Notes under the pieces: model-generated
The model's database searches: none
What the model was told of the DNA's origin: nothing
The model's input: the letters and a program-made list of their open reading frames with translations, nothing else
DNA from: Candidatus Nealsonbacteria bacterium DGGOD1a
GTDB lineage: Bacteria; Patescibacteriota; Minisyncoccia; Minisyncoccales; UBA5738
Length of the DNA stretch: 64,000 nt
Direction: 5' to 3'
Assembly (NCBI GenBank): GCA_022530585.1
Contig: CP092821.1
Coordinates: forward strand, 753,931-817,930
Shown: positions 1 through 8,475 of the stretch, piece by piece
Position numbering within the stretch: position 1 is the stretch's first letter
Layout: each line of letters starts with the position of its first letter
Program-made: the position numbers and the translations under genes

Positions 1-65
1 TCTCTCAATCTTTCGGGATTCCTTAATGTTGTTGTAATTGACCAAGGTTTTTTCATATTTTTAAC

Positions 66-1874
66 TTAACTGGCTATTTTACAATAAAAAACTCTTTCAG
101 TATGGCCGTTTGTTTCACTCTTTCCCGCTGTAAATGCTTTATAGTCTCGTTCAAAAATATCAACATCGCCACGGCTCTTTAATGTATTAATAATTTGCGT
201 ATCACTAATTCTTGCATTTGACCTTCCATCTTTTGATTCCCCTGTATTGTTGTATGAAACTAAAATATGCTTACAATTTGCGTTTCCAATTAGATCGGCG
301 AAAGAGCTGGCAGCTGATTTTAGGCAATAATTACTCTTTAGCTGGGCCCTGTCCATTTTTTTTGCTTTTCCAAAAACTGGCGGCTTTCCCCAGTTCGCAA
401 GATTTTCTAATAAATGGTAAGCATCGGCATATTGACGAGAATTATATGGCGGATCCAAATATAGAACATCGCAACTTAATTTTCTTATGAGCTGATTCGC
501 ATCTGTTTGGTAAATTTCATTATTTAAATTATTTTCAACTTTCAAATCTGGCATTAGGAGGCGTAATGGTTGAATCATGTCTAAATCCTTCCTGTAGGCA
601 TCGTAATGACCAACGGTATTCGCCACCTTATCTACCGCATATATTAGTGAAGTTATTAAAACTGTTTTTTCAACTTCATCTTTCGCAATTTCATCAATCT
701 TTTCGCGGATAACCCCTATTTTTTTCGCATTTTCCAAAGTAAAAAAAGTGTTTCCGAAATTTTCAGAAAAATAATTATCGTATCTTGTATCTAAATTATT
801 CAATAACGCTATTTTCTTAGCTATTTCTTCGCTATTCACCTCCGTGATTCCCAAGAAAGCTTTCAATGGAAGATAATTACTTGTGAGAAGGTCGTTTGAA
901 ATAACCTTGATGTTCTTTTTATTAAATCGATTTCCTACCACGCCCGTTCCGGCGAATATGTCACAAAAAGATTCAAATCCGTTACATTTCTCATTCACAA
1001 TATCCTCGATAAATCCGACTAATTTATATTTGTTGCCCAAAAATCTTCTATTCTGTAGCTGGAAAAAACCTGATTTAATGTCGTTATTATGCGAAAAATT
1101 ATTCTTCCGTTCTTTTTTAATAATATTCGGAGAATAGATCGGTTGATCGTTTTTCAATAAACTGAACAAGGAAATTTGGTTGCCATCGGAAATATAATTT
1201 ATTTCTGATACTTGGGAATCGCTTAGGAAACTATGGGTTTCGCTTTCGCTAATGACAATAAAATCAACAATATTAATACCCATGATCTGCCCGGCTTCTA
1301 ATATTTTATTCAAAACCTCGGAATCATGTTGGCTTGCGTTAACATCTCCTGATGGATGATTATGTATTAAAACAACTCCTGCCGCCCTTAACTCAATAGC
1401 GGGGCCAAATATTTCTCGAGGATGAATTAAACTTTTATCTAAAATACCGATAGATACGATTTCCTTTTTTAAAAGTACATTCCGAGCATTTAGATATAGA
1501 CATACTAGATGCTCCTTTTTCTTATCTCTTATATCAGCTACCAGAGCAACTGCCTCTCGCGCAGATTGAATAATGTTGTCTTTAGGATTTAACTCATCAA
1601 CGCAACGCTTTACTAATGCAACAGCTGAAACAATTTGTAAAGCTTTTGCTTTTCCGATTCCCGGAATTTCTAAAAGATCGGCAACGCTTATATTTAAAAA
1701 ATTTTTACCAAATTTCTTGATTATTTGCCCGGAAAGCTCCTTAACGTTTTTCCCTTTAATTCCGCTGCCAATCATGATAGCTAAAAGCTCACTCTTAGAA
1801 AGAGCATCTGACCCCCTTTCGAGGAATCTTTCTCTAGGTCGATCAATTTTTGGGATGTCCTTTAATTTTCCCAT
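66..1874 (-). CDS. RadC-like (HhH + JAB/MPN) domain fused to D12-class (Dam-like) N6-adenine DNA methyltransferase
   Basis: 602-aa ORF. The N-half has RadC hallmarks (KSELLAIMIGSG, helix-hairpin-helix IPGIGKAKA, JAB motif HNHPSG). The C-half has LGNKYKL, the SAM-binding motif FCDIFAGTGVVG and the catalytic LDPPYN (DPPY) motif of Dam-type m6A methyltransferases. Confidence 0.75.
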   Translation of the reverse strand: MGKLKDIPKIDRPRERFLERGSDALSKSELLAIMIGSGIKGKNVKELSGQIIKKFGKNFLNISVADLLEIPGIGKAKALQIVSAVALVKRCVDELNPKDNIIQSAREAVALVADIRDKKKEHLVCLYLNARNVLLKKEIVSIGILDKSLIHPREIFGPAIELRAAGVVLIHNHPSGDVNASQHDSEVLNKILEAGQIMGINIVDFIVISESETHSFLSDSQVSEINYISDGNQISLFSLLKNDQPIYSPNIIKKERKNNFSHNNDIKSGFFQLQNRRFLGNKYKLVGFIEDIVNEKCNGFESFCDIFAGTGVVGNRFNKKNIKVISNDLLTSNYLPLKAFLGITEVNSEEIAKKIALLNNLDTRYDNYFSENFGNTFFTLENAKKIGVIREKIDEIAKDEVEKTVLITSLIYAVDKVANTVGHYDAYRKDLDMIQPLRLLMPDLKVENNLNNEIYQTDANQLIRKLSCDVLYLDPPYNSRQYADAYHLLENLANWGKPPVFGKAKKMDRAQLKSNYCLKSAASSFADLIGNANCKHILVSYNNTGESKDGRSNARISDTQIINTLKSRGDVDIFERDYKAFTAGKSETNGHTERVFYCKIAS

Positions 1875-1999
1875 TTATATATACTTATTGCATTTACTTT
1901 ACTCTTTTTAAGGCATTTTTTCAATCAGCATAAGGGGGTCTGGACTCCCTAGCGCGGTTGCGTCATTAATGTACTTGTAAAGGAATAACAAGCAAATTT

Positions 2000-3313
2000 A
2001 TGGAACAAACAATATCGTCGCAAATTCATAGCTCTCCGCCACTTATTGCCGCAAATCTCAAATATTGCCTTTATGCGCGGAAATCGACCGAAGCCGAAGA
2101 TAAGCAGGCACTTTCGATTGAATCGCAGGTAAAGGAAATGCTAGAACTTGCGCGGCGAGATAATCTGAATGTGGTTGAAATCAAACGCGAGTCGCATTCT
2201 TCAAAGGAAGTTGGCCAGCGGCCTATATTTAACCAAATGCTGGGCGAAATCCGCCAAGGAAAGTATAATGCCGTATTGACATGGGCACCGGATCGATTAA
2301 GCCGGAATGCCGGCGATTTGGGATCGGTGGTTGATCTTATAGACCAAAAATTATTGCTGGAAATCAGAACTTATGGCCAAAAATTCACCAATAATCCTAA
2401 TGAGAAATTCCTACTTATGATTTTGGGATCGCAAGCCAAGCTGGAAAACGACAATAAGGCCATAAACGTGAAGCGAGGACTACGAACCCGCTGTGAGATG
2501 GGTTTGAGGCCCGGAGTGGCTCCTACGGGCTATCTGAACGAGAAACACACCGACAGGAAATGCCAAGCGCGAATCGACCCGAAACGTGCGCCGATCATCA
2601 AACAAATGTTCGAAAAAGTGGCATACGAACAATTGAGCGGCCGGAAAGTTTATCGCTGGCTTAGGGAAATTAATTTTGAAACCAAAACTGGCAAACCATT
2701 GGTTCTGGCCAACATTTACCTGATATTTAGAAACCCATTTTATTATGGAGAATTCGAATATCCGGTCGGTAGCGGTAATTGGTACACCGGAAAACATACG
2801 CCAATCATTACTAAAGAACTTTTTGATAGGGTTCAATCCACGATAAATGAAAATTTTGTACCAAAAACCGAAAGCAAAGAATTTGCCTTCACAAAACTAA
2901 TAAAATGCGGCCATTGCGGTTCGGGCATCTCGGCCGATGAAAAATTTAAAAAGCTCAAGGATGGCGGCACAAACCGCCACGTTTATTATTTCTGTACCCA
3001 CGCCAGGAACATTGACTGCAAAAACTCACCAATCAACGAGCAATCCCTAATCAGCGAACTCGTAGAACTGATGGACAAAGTCGATCTTGATGAAATCGGA
3101 ATCCGGTCAAGAATCGAGCAAGAAATCGCCAGATTCAACAAATTCAACGCCGGAGTACTTGGCAACAAACAACAAGCCAACAGCACGGAAATCGACATCA
3201 GAAATTACACCAAATACCTCCTCAAAGAAGGAACAATAATTGAGAAACGAGAATTACTCTCCTGCCTCAAAAGCAAACTGATACTTAGGGACAAAAAAAT
3301 TACTCTGGAATAA
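2000..3313 (+). CDS. large serine recombinase
   Basis: 437-aa ORF. N-terminal resolvase catalytic region (YARKSTEAEDKQALSIESQ ... WAPDRLSRN), a central recombinase domain and a Cys-rich zinc ribbon (CGHCGS ... YYFCTH). Confidence 0.85.
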   Translation: MEQTISSQIHSSPPLIAANLKYCLYARKSTEAEDKQALSIESQVKEMLELARRDNLNVVEIKRESHSSKEVGQRPIFNQMLGEIRQGKYNAVLTWAPDRLSRNAGDLGSVVDLIDQKLLLEIRTYGQKFTNNPNEKFLLMILGSQAKLENDNKAINVKRGLRTRCEMGLRPGVAPTGYLNEKHTDRKCQARIDPKRAPIIKQMFEKVAYEQLSGRKVYRWLREINFETKTGKPLVLANIYLIFRNPFYYGEFEYPVGSGNWYTGKHTPIITKELFDRVQSTINENFVPKTESKEFAFTKLIKCGHCGSGISADEKFKKLKDGGTNRHVYYFCTHARNIDCKNSPINEQSLISELVELMDKVDLDEIGIRSRIEQEIARFNKFNAGVLGNKQQANSTEIDIRNYTKYLLKEGTIIEKRELLSCLKSKLILRDKKITLE

Positions 3314-3460
3314 TCAAAAAGCCAAAACCGCAAAAAATGCAGTTTTGGGCTTCTGAATACGGCACTCAACCGGTATGGCTTAACTGGGTAAGGGATATAC
3401 CACTCGGTCACCCGACTTAACATAGGCTGGCTGGCCATCTGGGGCGAAGTTGGAACATTA
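3313..3460 (-). repeat. copy 1 of a ~120-nt structured direct repeat (candidate small RNA with its own terminator), plus a weak tRNA-3'-end-like remnant at 3434-3460
   Basis: Aligns by eye with 4968-5088 (offset 1655 bp). Shared blocks are CTTCTGAATACGGC.CTCA.CCGGTATG.CTTAACTGGGTA and ACTCGGTCACCCGACTTA.CATAGGCT.GCTG, separated by a ~13-nt divergent patch. The flanking GGGGCGAAGTTGGAACA weakly resembles the tRNA-Gln 3' half. Confidence 0.6.
3321..3350 (-). terminator. intrinsic-terminator-like hairpin at the end of repeat copy 1; also sits 8 nt after the recombinase stop
   Basis: GCCAAAACCGCA-loop-TGCAGTTTTGGGC. Read on the minus strand it is followed by a U-run (the plus-strand AAAAA at 3316-3320). 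Confidence 0.5.
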
Positions 3461-3483
3461 TTCAAAAAATAATACGTTTTAAA

Positions 3484-4809
3484 TTACGTATTTATAAGTG
3501 TATTAAGTTGATTTATTATCATATCTCTAATTATTGGCAAATCACGGGAAGAATAACAGCTATTGTCAAAATAAAAATGTTCATCAAACATCTTGCATAG
3601 TTGATCCTCTATCACATGTTCCAAACCAACTAATAAATCTAATTGATTTCCATTTTTTTCACTATCTCCCACATGTCTGAACATCTCCGCCCAATCATAT
3701 GACCAATAATTCTTTAAATTACCCCTAATAGCAAAATTCTGGATAAAAATTTCTCTCTCTTCTATGTCGCTATATAACTTAATAGTTTCTGGCGAAAGCT
3801 TTTTCTGCTCCTCAATAAAATTAACAAGAGCATTGTATAGATTTTGTTCGAACTTTTGACGGCTGTAATCGGGATAGGCTTTAAGCATATAATCCATTAC
3901 AACGACATTCTGTCGCAAGGTACTTATAGTAATATGGCAATATGTCTCTAGCTGATCTTGTGGTTTATCTTTAGGAGATTCTAGTTGAACGGGATCGGCT
4001 TTTTTCTCAATACTTTCAATCCAGCTCTCAAGTAATTCGCACCACTCTGTCCAATTGCTCATTTCCTCAAGCTTCGGTAAAAGCTCAGAATCTAAGTCTT
4101 TCAAAATTGCGTCATCATTGTAATGCCAATGTCGGCGCAAAGTAATAATATATCTATTTAAGAGTATTGCGTGTCGACGAGAATCGTAATAATTAAATGA
4201 ATTTTTCGCTTTATTTTTAATAAATGCTAATTTTTGATCAATTGGTTTAAGTCGACGATTAAATAAGATGCCTCCAATTTTGTTTAAAAATATTTCGGCA
4301 CTTGTTTGATCCAGCTTGCCATCATTTAAAAATTTAAGATAAGTTGTCGCTGACACATCTATGGCCTCCAATACTTCATTTGCGCCGTATCTTCGCAAAA
4401 GATTACCCAATATGGCTTTACCGCTCTCATTAATGGAATAGGGATTTATTTTTGCATCAGCATATTCTTTGATCATTCCTAAAGTTTTATCATCAAGCTT
4501 AGATAAAGATTTTTTCCATTCAAACATCAATTCGATTTGCTCTCGGCGTTCTTGCAACATTTCCAATTGCTTTCGCTGTTTTTCGACGACTGCATTATCG
4601 CTTAATGGCCTATCGCTTTTACCAATATTACACTCATAACAGCTTGTAATAAGATTTGCGATATCGTTTTCCCCACCTTTGGCAACAGGTTCAATGTGGT
4701 CAACCTGTAAAACAACATCGGGCGCTTTACGTCCGCAATAATTACAAGTAAATTTATCCCGCTTAAACACCTCAAAGCGTATTTTTTTGGTTAATGCAAT
4801 CCTTTCCAT
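3484..4809 (-). CDS. HNH endonuclease-domain protein with an uncharacterised ~370-aa C-terminal region
   Basis: 441-aa ORF. The N-terminus CNYCGRKAPDVVLQVDHIEPVAKGGENDIANLITSCYECNIGK is an HNH (beta-beta-alpha-Me) finger with CxxC...CxxC. I recognise no motif in the rest. Confidence 0.7.
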   Translation of the reverse strand: MERIALTKKIRFEVFKRDKFTCNYCGRKAPDVVLQVDHIEPVAKGGENDIANLITSCYECNIGKSDRPLSDNAVVEKQRKQLEMLQERREQIELMFEWKKSLSKLDDKTLGMIKEYADAKINPYSINESGKAILGNLLRRYGANEVLEAIDVSATTYLKFLNDGKLDQTSAEIFLNKIGGILFNRRLKPIDQKLAFIKNKAKNSFNYYDSRRHAILLNRYIITLRRHWHYNDDAILKDLDSELLPKLEEMSNWTEWCELLESWIESIEKKADPVQLESPKDKPQDQLETYCHITISTLRQNVVVMDYMLKAYPDYSRQKFEQNLYNALVNFIEEQKKLSPETIKLYSDIEEREIFIQNFAIRGNLKNYWSYDWAEMFRHVGDSEKNGNQLDLLVGLEHVIEDQLCKMFDEHFYFDNSCYSSRDLPIIRDMIINQLNTLINT

Positions 4810-4967
4810 GTAATATTAACTATCTAATTATCTCAACCTCGATATTTTCACAAAATAACAAAAAAATCAATAAATACAGTTTTATTGGGATGGAATTTTA
4901 AAAATCAAAATGGCCGAGGCGTCTCGGTTACTTGATTTAGCGTATGAAACTTGCCGAAGCAATTGTA

Positions 4968-5088
4968 ATTGAAAAGCCAAAAACCGCAAAAGATGCGGTT
5001 TTTGGCTTCTGAATACGGCGCTCAGCCGGTATGACTTAACTGGGTAGAGTAACTATGCGACTCGGTCACCCGACTTAGCATAGGCTAG
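4968..5088 (-). repeat. copy 2 of the ~120-nt structured direct repeat, immediately 3' of tRNA-Gln
   Basis: Same blocks as 3313-3433. Substitutions inside the predicted stems keep pairing (for example CGGU...GCCG in copy 1 versus CGGC...GCCG in copy 2), and the terminator stem is perfect in this copy. Confidence 0.6.
4976..5006 (-). terminator. intrinsic terminator of repeat copy 2 and the tRNA-Gln transcript
   Basis: Perfect 13-bp stem GCCAAAAACCGCA / TGCGGTTTTTGGC with a 5-nt loop, followed on the minus strand by UUUUC. Confidence 0.6.
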
Positions 5089-5159
5089 CTGCGGGACATG
5101 GATTCGAACCATGATAAACGGATTCAGAGTCCGTTGTCCTACCATTAGACGATCCCGCA
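5089..5159 (-). tRNA. tRNA-Gln (anticodon CUG)
   Basis: Hand-folded cloverleaf. 7-bp acceptor stem UGCGGGA/UCCCGCA with U1:A72 and G73 (typical of tRNA-Gln), D-loop AAUGGUA, anticodon stem ACGGA/UCCGU with loop CUCUGAA, T-arm CAUGG-UUCGAAU-CCAUG. No encoded CCA. Confidence 0.85.
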
Positions 5160-5171
5160 ATTTATAATGCC

Positions 5172-5256
5172 TGATTTAAGATATAAGATTTATGATTTAC
5201 GAATAACTCAAAATTACGGATTCTTCTTAAATCTTGAATCCTAAATCTTAAATCAA
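5172..5256. repeat. AT-rich palindromic intergenic element, family F (GATTTAAGAT arms)
   Basis: Arms TGATTTAAGAT...ATCTTAAATCA. A sibling copy lies at 9184-9258. Confidence 0.7.
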
Positions 5257-5281
5257 ACAATTCGCATTATAGCGGATTGTG

Positions 5282-6220
5282 TCAGACTTTCAAGTAGCGG
5301 GTAATGGCGATCATACTGGAAAAAATTCCCAGTCCGGCGCCGATACCGATCTGGATTCCGATCAGAGTCCAAATTCCGCCAAAGAAATTCTGCCACAAAC
5401 TCATCCCGGGAAGAATTGCGGCCAGCATCGGGCTCAAATACCAGCAAATCGTCGCCGCGATTAAAAATGAAAACACCGCGCCCAAAATGCCGAAAATCAA
5501 CCCTTCAACCAAAAACTGCCCGCGCACAAACCATCGCGACGCGCCCACAAGCCGCTGGATGGCAATCTCGCGGCCGCGGCTCAAAATAGCCGTCCGGATA
5601 GTGTTATAAGTGACAATCACCGATATAAAGCCGAGAATGGCGAACAATATCAACCCGACCTTCTTGGTGTTTTCGGTGATCGCGAAAATCTTTTGGATTA
5701 CTTCTTTTTTTTCGTTATAATTCACGCGGTTCACCATATCCTTATATTCATCCTGCGCCAGCAACGCGGAAACTTCGTCAAACTTCACCGTTGATACCGC
5801 GCTCACATTCAATAACGAAACAAGCGGATTGCCGTTGATCTCATTGAGCGATTCCAACAAAACCGCGTCATTTTGGTGGCGAATCTTGAAATCTTCCAAC
5901 GCCTGGTCTTTGGACACATACTGCACATTTTCAATGCCCGGGATTTGATTGATTTTGTCCTTAACTCTCAAAATGTCGTTTTCGGAAACGCTCTCGTTGA
6001 AATAAACCGAAATATCCGCCTTGGATTGGAATTCTCTGATCAAAAAAGCGCTCACATCCTTCATCTCGAACAACAGCGAAGTGAGCAAAATCGGAATCAT
6101 TATTATGAAAATATTGGCTATCGCGATTCCGCCGTCGCGGCTCAAATTGTGCCAACCCAAACCGATTATTCTTTTGATGGAAGTAAACATAGAGTTCCTT
6201 GAATAATTTTTAATTGCCAA
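5282..6220 (-). CDS. ftsX: cell-division ABC transporter permease FtsX
   Basis: 312-aa ORF with one N-terminal TM segment, a periplasmic loop and three C-terminal TM segments. It lies immediately downstream of ftsE. The true start may be the internal Met (MFTSIKR). Confidence 0.75.
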   Translation of the reverse strand: MAIKNYSRNSMFTSIKRIIGLGWHNLSRDGGIAIANIFIIMIPILLTSLLFEMKDVSAFLIREFQSKADISVYFNESVSENDILRVKDKINQIPGIENVQYVSKDQALEDFKIRHQNDAVLLESLNEINGNPLVSLLNVSAVSTVKFDEVSALLAQDEYKDMVNRVNYNEKKEVIQKIFAITENTKKVGLILFAILGFISVIVTYNTIRTAILSRGREIAIQRLVGASRWFVRGQFLVEGLIFGILGAVFSFLIAATICWYLSPMLAAILPGMSLWQNFFGGIWTLIGIQIGIGAGLGIFSSMIAITRYLKV

Positions 6221-6343
6221 TTTTCAATTTTCAATGAATGATCAATTGCCCAATTTTCAAACAAATACAAAATTTTGCATTCCGTTTGAACTATTGCAAC
6301 ATTGAAAATTCAATGAAAATTAGAAATTGAAAATTGAAAATTT
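6221..6343. repeat. AT-rich palindromic intergenic element, family D (GAAAATTGAAAAT arms)
   Basis: The right arm CATTGAAAATTCAATGAAAATTAGAAATTGAAAATTGAAAAT is the exact reverse complement of 56050-56091. It fills the ftsE-ftsX spacer. Confidence 0.8.
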
Positions 6344-7042
6344 TTAGAGAGCGAACCTTCCCTTCTCTTCGTCGCGGATAACCTTGCCTTTTTCCAGAGT
6401 CACTACGCGTCTTTTAAGTTTATTGACAATCTCGCGGTTATGCGTGGCCAGCACCACGGTCGTGCCCATCTCATTGATTTTGAGCAGAAGCTTTAAAATA
6501 TCCAAAGTGTGATAAGGGTCAAGATTGCCGGTGGGTTCATCGGCCAGCACCACTTCGGGCCGGTGGATCAGCGCGCGCGCAATGGCTACCCGCTGGCGTT
6601 CGCCGCCGGAAAGCTCGGCCGGAAAATTTTTCTCGCGGTCGGACAATTCCACGATCTCCAATATCCGCGGCACATCCCGCCTAATTTCAGTGTCGCTGGC
6701 GCCGATAACTTTCATCACATAGGCGATATTGTCGCGCACGGTCATATTTGGCAAAAGTTTGTAATCTTGAAAAACCGCGCCAATGCTGCGGCGCAAACCA
6801 TTGAGATTCCCTTGCTTCAATTTGTAAATGTTCTGGTCTTTGAATAAAATACTGCCGTTGGTCGGTTTTTCTTCAACCAGCATCAGCTTGAAAAGCGTGG
6901 TTTTGCCCGCGCCCGACCGACCCACCACCGACACAAATTCGCCCGGCATTATGCCAAACGAAACTCCATCCAGCGCCACGATATTGTTGGCGCCCGCGGT
7001 TCGCGAATCATAAACTTTCGTGATGTCGTTAAATTTAATCAT
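6344..7042 (-). CDS. ftsE: cell-division ABC transporter ATPase FtsE
   Basis: 232 aa. Walker [13 protein letters not shown] signature LSGGERQR, Walker [13 protein letters not shown]. Confidence 0.85.
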   Translation of the reverse strand: MIKFNDITKVYDSRTAGANNIVALDGVSFGIMPGEFVSVVGRSGAGKTTLFKLMLVEEKPTNGSILFKDQNIYKLKQGNLNGLRRSIGAVFQDYKLLPNMTVRDNIAYVMKVIGASDTEIRRDVPRILEIVELSDREKNFPAELSGGERQRVAIARALIHRPEVVLADEPTGNLDPYHTLDILKLLLKINEMGTTVVLATHNREIVNKLKRRVVTLEKGKVIRDEEKGRFAL

Positions 7043-7074
7043 TTGATTGAAACCAATTTACAAATCGCGATTCG

Positions 7075-8143
7075 TTATGCCAGCTTGATTTCCGCTTCGA
7101 TAAATTTGTCCAATTCTCCGTCAAGGACTTCGTCCACTTGCGTCGTTTCCACTCCGGTGCGCGTATCTTTCACCAGCTTGTAGGGATCAAGCACATAGTT
7201 GCGGATCTGGTTGCTCCAACTGGCCGAAACCCGCTCGCCTTTGATCTTCGACAGTTCGGTCTCGCGCGTTTCCCGCATCAGCTGGAACAGCTTCATTTTT
7301 AACAATTCCATGGCCCGGTCGCGGTTTTGCCCCTGCACGCGCTCGGTCTGGCAAGTGGTGAATATCCCTGTCGGGATATGGGTAATGCGCACCGCCGACT
7401 CGCGTTTATTCACATATTGTCCGCCCGGACCGGACGACCGGTAGAAATCAATCCTCAAATCTTCGGGCTTCAATTCCAAATTTTTCAATTCGCTTTTCGG
7501 AAATTCGGGATAAACTTCCACCAGCGCGAATGATGTCTGGCGCAAATGTTTGGCGTTGAACGGAGACAACCTCACCAAACGATGAACGCCGGTTTCTTTT
7601 TTCAAATAACCGTATGCCGTCAATCCTTTAATATATACCGAAACTTCTTTATAGCCAACCCGTCCGTCGGTAACGCCATCGCCAAACGACTCGTGCAAAA
7701 TGGCGGTTTTAAATCCTTTACGCTCGCAATAACGATTGTACATCCGCAAAAGCATCGCGCCCCAATCCTGCGCGTCCTGGCCCCCCGCGCCGGAATGAAT
7801 TGTCAGTATCGCGTTTTCGCGGTCATATTTGCCCGACAAAAAAACAATTTGTTCGATTGCCTCAAGTTTTTTGAGAGCTTGGGCGATCGCTTCGTTGTCC
7901 CCCGCGTCAACCAATAATTCCAGTTCCACTTCCAGATTCTCGAAATCTTCAACCGTTTTTTTCAAACTGGCCAGCTCTTCGCTGACTCGCGACGCCGCAT
8001 CGGGAGAACTCCAAAAATCCGGCCGGGAAGTTTCGATCTCCAATTCTTTTATCTTCTCTTTTTTGGCGCGAAAGTCAAAGACGGTCCATCAAAAGATGGA
8101 GCTTATCCCGCAATTCGTTGATCCGCGAATTTGTGTCCGCCAT
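7075..8143 (-). CDS. prfB: peptide chain release factor 2, requiring a programmed +1 frameshift
   Basis: ORF0 runs from ATG 8143 (MADTNSRINELRDKLHLLMDRL) and ends at CTT TGA C (8080-8074). The +1 frame continues DFRAKKEKIKELEIETS... into the 322-aa ORF, which carries the SPF motif (RLSPFNA) and the GGQ motif (SGPGGQYVNK). Confidence 0.9.
8074..8080 (-). promoter_or_regulatory. RF2 autoregulatory +1 frameshift site CTT-TGA-C
   Basis: The plus-strand GTCAAAG at 8074-8080 is CTTTGAC on the coding strand. Codon 22 of ORF0 is CTT, followed by an in-frame TGA. Confidence 0.85.
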
Positions 8144-8300
8144 AATGGTTTATACAATCCCCACTGCCAATTTACCACACAAAAAACCAAAAGTGAAGCT
8201 TGGTTTTTGATAATTGTGAAATTGAAAATTGATTGTAAATCAAAAATTGATAATCGAAAATTGCAGAAACAACCTTTTGGGTTGTTTTTGCGAATTTGGG

Positions 8301-8373
8301 AGCCGAGAAGAGGGGTCGAACCTCCGACCTGCGGTTTACGATACCGCCGCTCTGCCAACTGAGCTATCTCGGC
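8301..8373 (-). tRNA. tRNA-Thr (anticodon CGU)
   Basis: Hand-folded: acceptor GCCGAGA/UCUCGGC, D-arm GCUC-AGUUGGCA-GAGC, anticodon stem GCGGU/ACCGC with loop AUCGUAA, T-arm GGAGG-UUCGACC-CCUCU, discriminator U. Confidence 0.85.
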
Positions 8374-8475
8374 TTGATAACGGGTTTGCCGCCACGACAA
8401 AATCTTATCACAAGTAAAAGTTTGAAGCAATAAGCCTTATTAAAAAATGCCCTCACGGGCAAGATTTAAAAACTT

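Noticed and set aside
8297-8300. An encoded CCA tail for tRNA-Thr, and similarly for tRNA-Gln and tRNA-Pro.
   Set aside because: The sequence after the discriminator is CCCA for tRNA-Thr, CTA for tRNA-Gln and CAA for tRNA-Pro. None is a clean CCA, so the tail was not annotated.
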